NCBI GenBank assembly: GCA_052426225.1
Contig: JBNJNM010000015.1
Span: forward strand, 1,426,001-1,490,000
Length of the DNA: 64,000 bases
Source: Zancudomyces culisetae HAW-14-8
Lineage: Eukaryota; Fungi; Kickxellomycota
Direction: 5' to 3'
Part shown: in pieces, positions 59,864 through 64,000 of the stretch
How the letters are laid out: each line of letters starts with the position of its first letter
Position numbering within the stretch: position 1 is the first letter of the stretch
Position numbers and translations under genes: made by a program
Notes under the pieces: generated by a model
What the model was told of the DNA's origin: nothing
The model's database searches: none
The model's input: the letters and a program-made list of their open reading frames with translations, nothing else

Positions 59864-61322
59864 GAAGAGGGATGGTTTAAAAACGTGTTCTCCAAGACAA
59901 ATTATAAATATGAATACGCGGAGACCAAGCGGGATTTCTCGCGTTTATGGAATATCAATAACACCTAAGGTGGAAATTAACAAAGCTTAGCCGTTATGAT
60001 GAGTAATATTGTCCGAATTATTATCAAGCATTTATGAGGAGTGGATAAGCAATTACAAGTCATTATTTACAAAATACAGAATTAAGCTAGTATATTACTT
60101 TAAAAATGTGATAAATCAATAATATACATAACAAACAAATACTGTTTTTATTTTTTGTACTACAGATTCGTGTACCATTGGTGTGAGTTGTTAGAAAATG
60201 GGAATTAACCTGATGAAAATCGCTTGTAAATGGGTATTTATTATATCATACATTCTCCTTAATCCCCTAAAAAAAGTCACAGTCTTAACTCTTCTAGCCT
60301 GGGGGGGGTTGCGAGGGCAGGTATTTGCAAGAGTTGAAAACTTTCTATATCTGTTGGGGCTGTGAAAAAGAGCGATGTATTATGGTGAGGTCATACCCTT
60401 AGGTCATTGAAAACGACGGCTTTTTCTTGAATAAAACCCGTTTATACTATGGCTTTGGTAACGAATAGTTGTAACAAAAAACAAAAAAGTGTGTCCAGGT
60501 GTAAACTGAACTGATTTGATAGCAAACAAACGCCATTTACAAGGCTTGAAGTTGGTTCTTGTAAACATTTAACTCAATCAAAACTGATCAGCTGAGTGGA
60601 TGTTATGCTAAGAAGGGAATATTACATATATTTATTATGTGATCAATATAGTTGACAGTCGTGTACCTCTGTTGGGAGGGGAGGGGAGAGGGTCTAAAAC
60701 AATAAATGTTTAATGACTTTTGTGACTTGTTGGGCAGAGCTAACCAATGATACAGTCACTACGCTTTACCTGAATATGGCCCACTCAGTACCGCCTACAA
60801 CCAGTAGAATGTTTTTTGAAGCTACTCACAGAAAAATAACATGACTAGCTTTATCCCAAAACAATGTTTGGATTTCATGAAAGTTGGGACCTTGCTTTTC
60901 AACATCTCTAAACCTGGAATGCTACAATAGCAATATACGCTATTTGTCATCCATTATAATTTCTTGGTCAAACAGTACGGCCTTTCCTATGAATCTTTTT
61001 ATGCCAATTAGTTTTGGGAAGTAAAAATCAGTCATGCTAATTAGCCTTTGTGGGGTTATTCGGAAATGGTATGCTATACACAGTCTGGGTTACATGATTT
61101 AGTTTTTTGGGGGGCATTTTGATACTGCCTATTGGTGGATTCATGTCTGTTCAAGTTGGAAAATCATGGCCTCCACGTCAACAGCGAAGATAATAAAAAT
61201 GGCAGTAGAAAAAAAATCGATGGTAAAAAAAGGCATGTATAGCTATAACCACAGTGTCAGAATGAAATCTACCTACAAACAAATACACAACAAAACGATT
61301 ACCAAACTGAACCCAAATGGAT

Positions 61323-64000
61323 TTATGAAAGTAAGTTTTGAAGCTTTTTTATAATGTTAACAACGTCGTCACTATCACTGGGTTCTAAAGCATTCAAACT
61401 GGCTGCACGTGACCGTTGATCAGAGCCAAATGTTGTAGTGACATTGCGCTCAGTAGGCTTTATACTCCTGGTGGGACTGCTAAGATACATATCAGTCTTG
61501 TGCGCGGTGGTTTTTTCCTGTTGTAGCTGTTTTGAAAGTAGTGGTGGTTTTCTGATTAACGACGAGGGTGGTCGGGGAATTCTGGTAGGGGGTTTCAGGG
61601 GACTAGTAAAACTTGATTTTTCGGGTTTTCCAAGAGGAGCTACTGATAGGTCCTTTGGTGGAGAAAGCCCCTTATTGGATACAAGAGTGAGGAGTTGGTC
61701 AAGCAAGTCGCGAGAGTGTTTGATTTTTTTTGGAGATACTCGCGTTTCTGGCAAACCGCTTTTGGATAAACTTTCTGAATTCGAAATGATAGAACTATTT
61801 GTGGTTGAAGTATGATGGTGCTGGTGCCGCAACATTGAACCACGAACCTCTTTATCAACCCCATGGCGCGGTGTTCGCGATGGTTTTGGGGCAGGCAAAG
61901 ACTGTGCGCTAGCGATTCCAGAGGTTTCGGGCGTTTCTGGATCTAGTGTGCTCATTTCTGGTTCAGAAATGACCTTTGCAGTATGTTCTGAGCGATACTC
62001 TAAGGCTTCTTTGGCATTTTTTATAAGAGATTCGATGTTGGAAAGTAGCTTCTGAAATAATACGTCCTCTTTTAATACTGCTTCTACAATCTGTAATACA
62101 GTTAGATACATAGCAAAAAGGTACCGATTAGTAATGATATATGAACATAGCTTTGATAAGCATCTCGGATCAAGCTCAGTTTAACATAATATTGCACCTG
62201 TTTTTTAAAAAAAGAAAAAGACAACCGAACATCATTTACCTTTTCTGACTCTTCACTCAAAAGTTCAATAGTGTTGGAATCTGAAGTAGTTACACCTTGG
62301 CTTTTCAATTGTTTTTTCAACTCGTAAAGCTGTCGTTTTTGATTTTTCACCTCAGACTCCAGCTGTGTATTGACAGCCAGTAGCGCTTTTTTTGCTATTT
62401 CCAAATCCTCTATTTTTCGACCTACCCGCGCTTCAGCTGCCTCCATAGAGGTTTCATCTAGTGTATAAAAGCTACTTCCATAATTCCGCTCGTTAGCAGC
62501 GCGAATAGATCTAAGCGTCCCGCCGTGGGATCCCTCTACTGCTTCGCCATAACTCTCGACCATTAGTCTACTCGTTGATCTAAAATTCGCTGGCTCATGC
62601 GTGTAAAACTCATCATTAATCCTATAGGTGGTATCCATTTGGTGCTCCTGTTCACGGTGATGAAGCAGTGATGACTTTTTAGAAACAGGCGATGCTTTTG
62701 CAGCATTCATCATTGCGGTTTTACTGGTAATATTTGTCGTAGAAATACCATCCAAGGGTGTATCTACCAGTTTTTTCTGATTATTGTTGTGGATTTCGCT
62801 CAATGACATTGGTCTAGGAGTACTCAGTACATTTTCCATAGAATGTATCATAGTGTGCGAGTTCCTACTAGGTATGGTTTTTTCTATCCCCATTTGGCTC
62901 ACTAGAGTGCCACTTTTAGCTGAATCATGCATAGTTTGTTCCGTCTGGGCGATAGGTCCATTGTAAACAGTATCATTCCTGGTCTCGTTTCGACTAAAAA
63001 CTCTGTTGGAACTACTAACCCTTACGCCCCCTCTCGTATACCCGACAAACCCTTTATCATTACTCCTGATCAACTGCTCCTGTCCTACACTATCATTCAG
63101 AGGATACGGATATGACAAACCGCTTATATTTTCACTGGGTCCTCTCACATTCGCTGCTCTATTGTCGGATTGCAAGGATGCCGGGTTAGCAATGTACTCA
63201 TTGCTGATATTACTGGTGCTATTTTTCCCGGAAGAGTTGATACTTCCATCACCAACCCTTTGTTGCATCCCCGTCCCAAGTCTTGCTATAATTTCCGATA
63301 TTCGTTGAGCGCTCAACTCGCTTACACCTTCTTTTTGAGGTTCTGGAAATTTCAACACCCGAGCACCCGCACCCAATGCGCTTACCTGTTGGTTCTGCAA
63401 GGAGACACCTTCGTTCAAGACACCGGATCCGGCGGAAATCCGTTTCAACACACTATCAGGTCGAACGTTTTCATCTAAATTATTGATGCTGTAGTTTGCT
63501 GGGAATGCATTGGCTTCTACATTCTTATTTCCGAACTGCTGATGCATACTGGCTTGGAAAATAGTATTGTCTCTTGTCTCATTTACACCTGTGTTTCTCC
63601 TGGCCATCACTGGTCGCTTTTGAACACTCGAAGGTTGAGCATTACCGCTCGCCTCAATATTATACAGATTACTATTGGTATTCTCGTAGGGAAAATGTGC
63701 CCTATTACCCCCAGAAAATCCACTACCACTACTTCGATCATAAGTTGGATTTTCGCCTTGGTACCCTTCTTGTCTACTTGTTGCTCGAATTATATTACTA
63801 GCTTTAACTTTGTTTGCTTGAAGTTGCATATTCATTATTGTACGTTCTACTTGCTGTTTATAACGACTCTTTGTTAAATTTTAGGGTATTGCAGATTCAT
63901 TTGCCGTATTAGCATTTAATTGCGTAGATATTTTATGATTTATTGAAAATCCGTATTATATTATACTTGCATTCACATTCACCTGATTCCCTTGATCGAG
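61323..64000 (-). CDS. Largely disordered protein with a coiled-coil segment, probably 5'-partial; exons >64000-63983, 63853-62240, 62090-61323
   Basis: ORFs 62102-63835 and 61323-62111 join through the phase-0 intron 62239-62091 (GTAAAT..CTAAC..TTACAG). An in-frame upstream intron 63982-63854 (GTGAAT..AAACAG) suggests the gene continues past the window edge. Heptad segment AEARVGRKIEDLEIAKKALLAVNTQLESEVKNQKRQLYELKKQL. Confidence 0.75.

Noticed and set aside
59787-59990. ORF with a poly-Arg run (RRRRRRRRRRKR); similar KRKRKR ORF at 54102-54293
   Set aside because: Both are translations of (GAG)n or (TTTTCC)n microsatellites in intergenic or intronic DNA.
1-64000. Search for tRNA (B-box GGTTCGA), snRNA cores, rRNA, CRISPR arrays, LTR/TIR transposons and U12-type introns
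   Set aside because: I found no convincing match by eye. GGTTCGA hits at ~50227 and ~57995 lack cloverleaf context, and all modelled introns are GT-AG U2-type. A covariance-model scan could still find small RNAs.

Overview
AT-rich eukaryotic genomic DNA with short GT-AG introns and a fungal gene set. It looks like an early-diverging fungus; Kickxellomycotina/Harpellales is my impression only and cannot be confirmed from this window. I built exon models by hand, checking intron phase at every junction, for 16 protein-coding genes: MSH6, BUD13/CWC26, a degenerate KRE2/MNT1 (GT15) mannosyltransferase, an SLC35F-type transporter, mitochondrial SHMT, an intronless aldehyde dehydrogenase, SEC18/NSF, a 2019-aa NAK (Ark1/Prk1-like) pseudokinase, a 5-exon gene of unknown function that the ORF track shows only in fragments, a homeodomain transcription factor, MIX17/CHCHD2, a secreted Tyr/Thr/Asn-rich repeat protein, TFIIIC subunit TFC1, SLY1, a 61-aa secreted prepro-peptide, and a 5'-partial coiled-coil protein. 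I recognised no tRNA, rRNA, CRISPR array or transposon. The most interesting items are: (1) the small precursor with an Ala/Pro dipeptide pro-region and a Trp-rich C-terminal 12-mer, a candidate pheromone or antimicrobial peptide with possible alternative downstream exons; (2) the Kex2-processed Tyr-rich secreted protein, a candidate adhesive or wall protein; (3) two apparent pseudo-enzymes, one carrying an internal helical repeat I do not recognise; and (4) near-universal TAG splice acceptors, often preceded by A-rich rather than pyrimidine-rich tracts.
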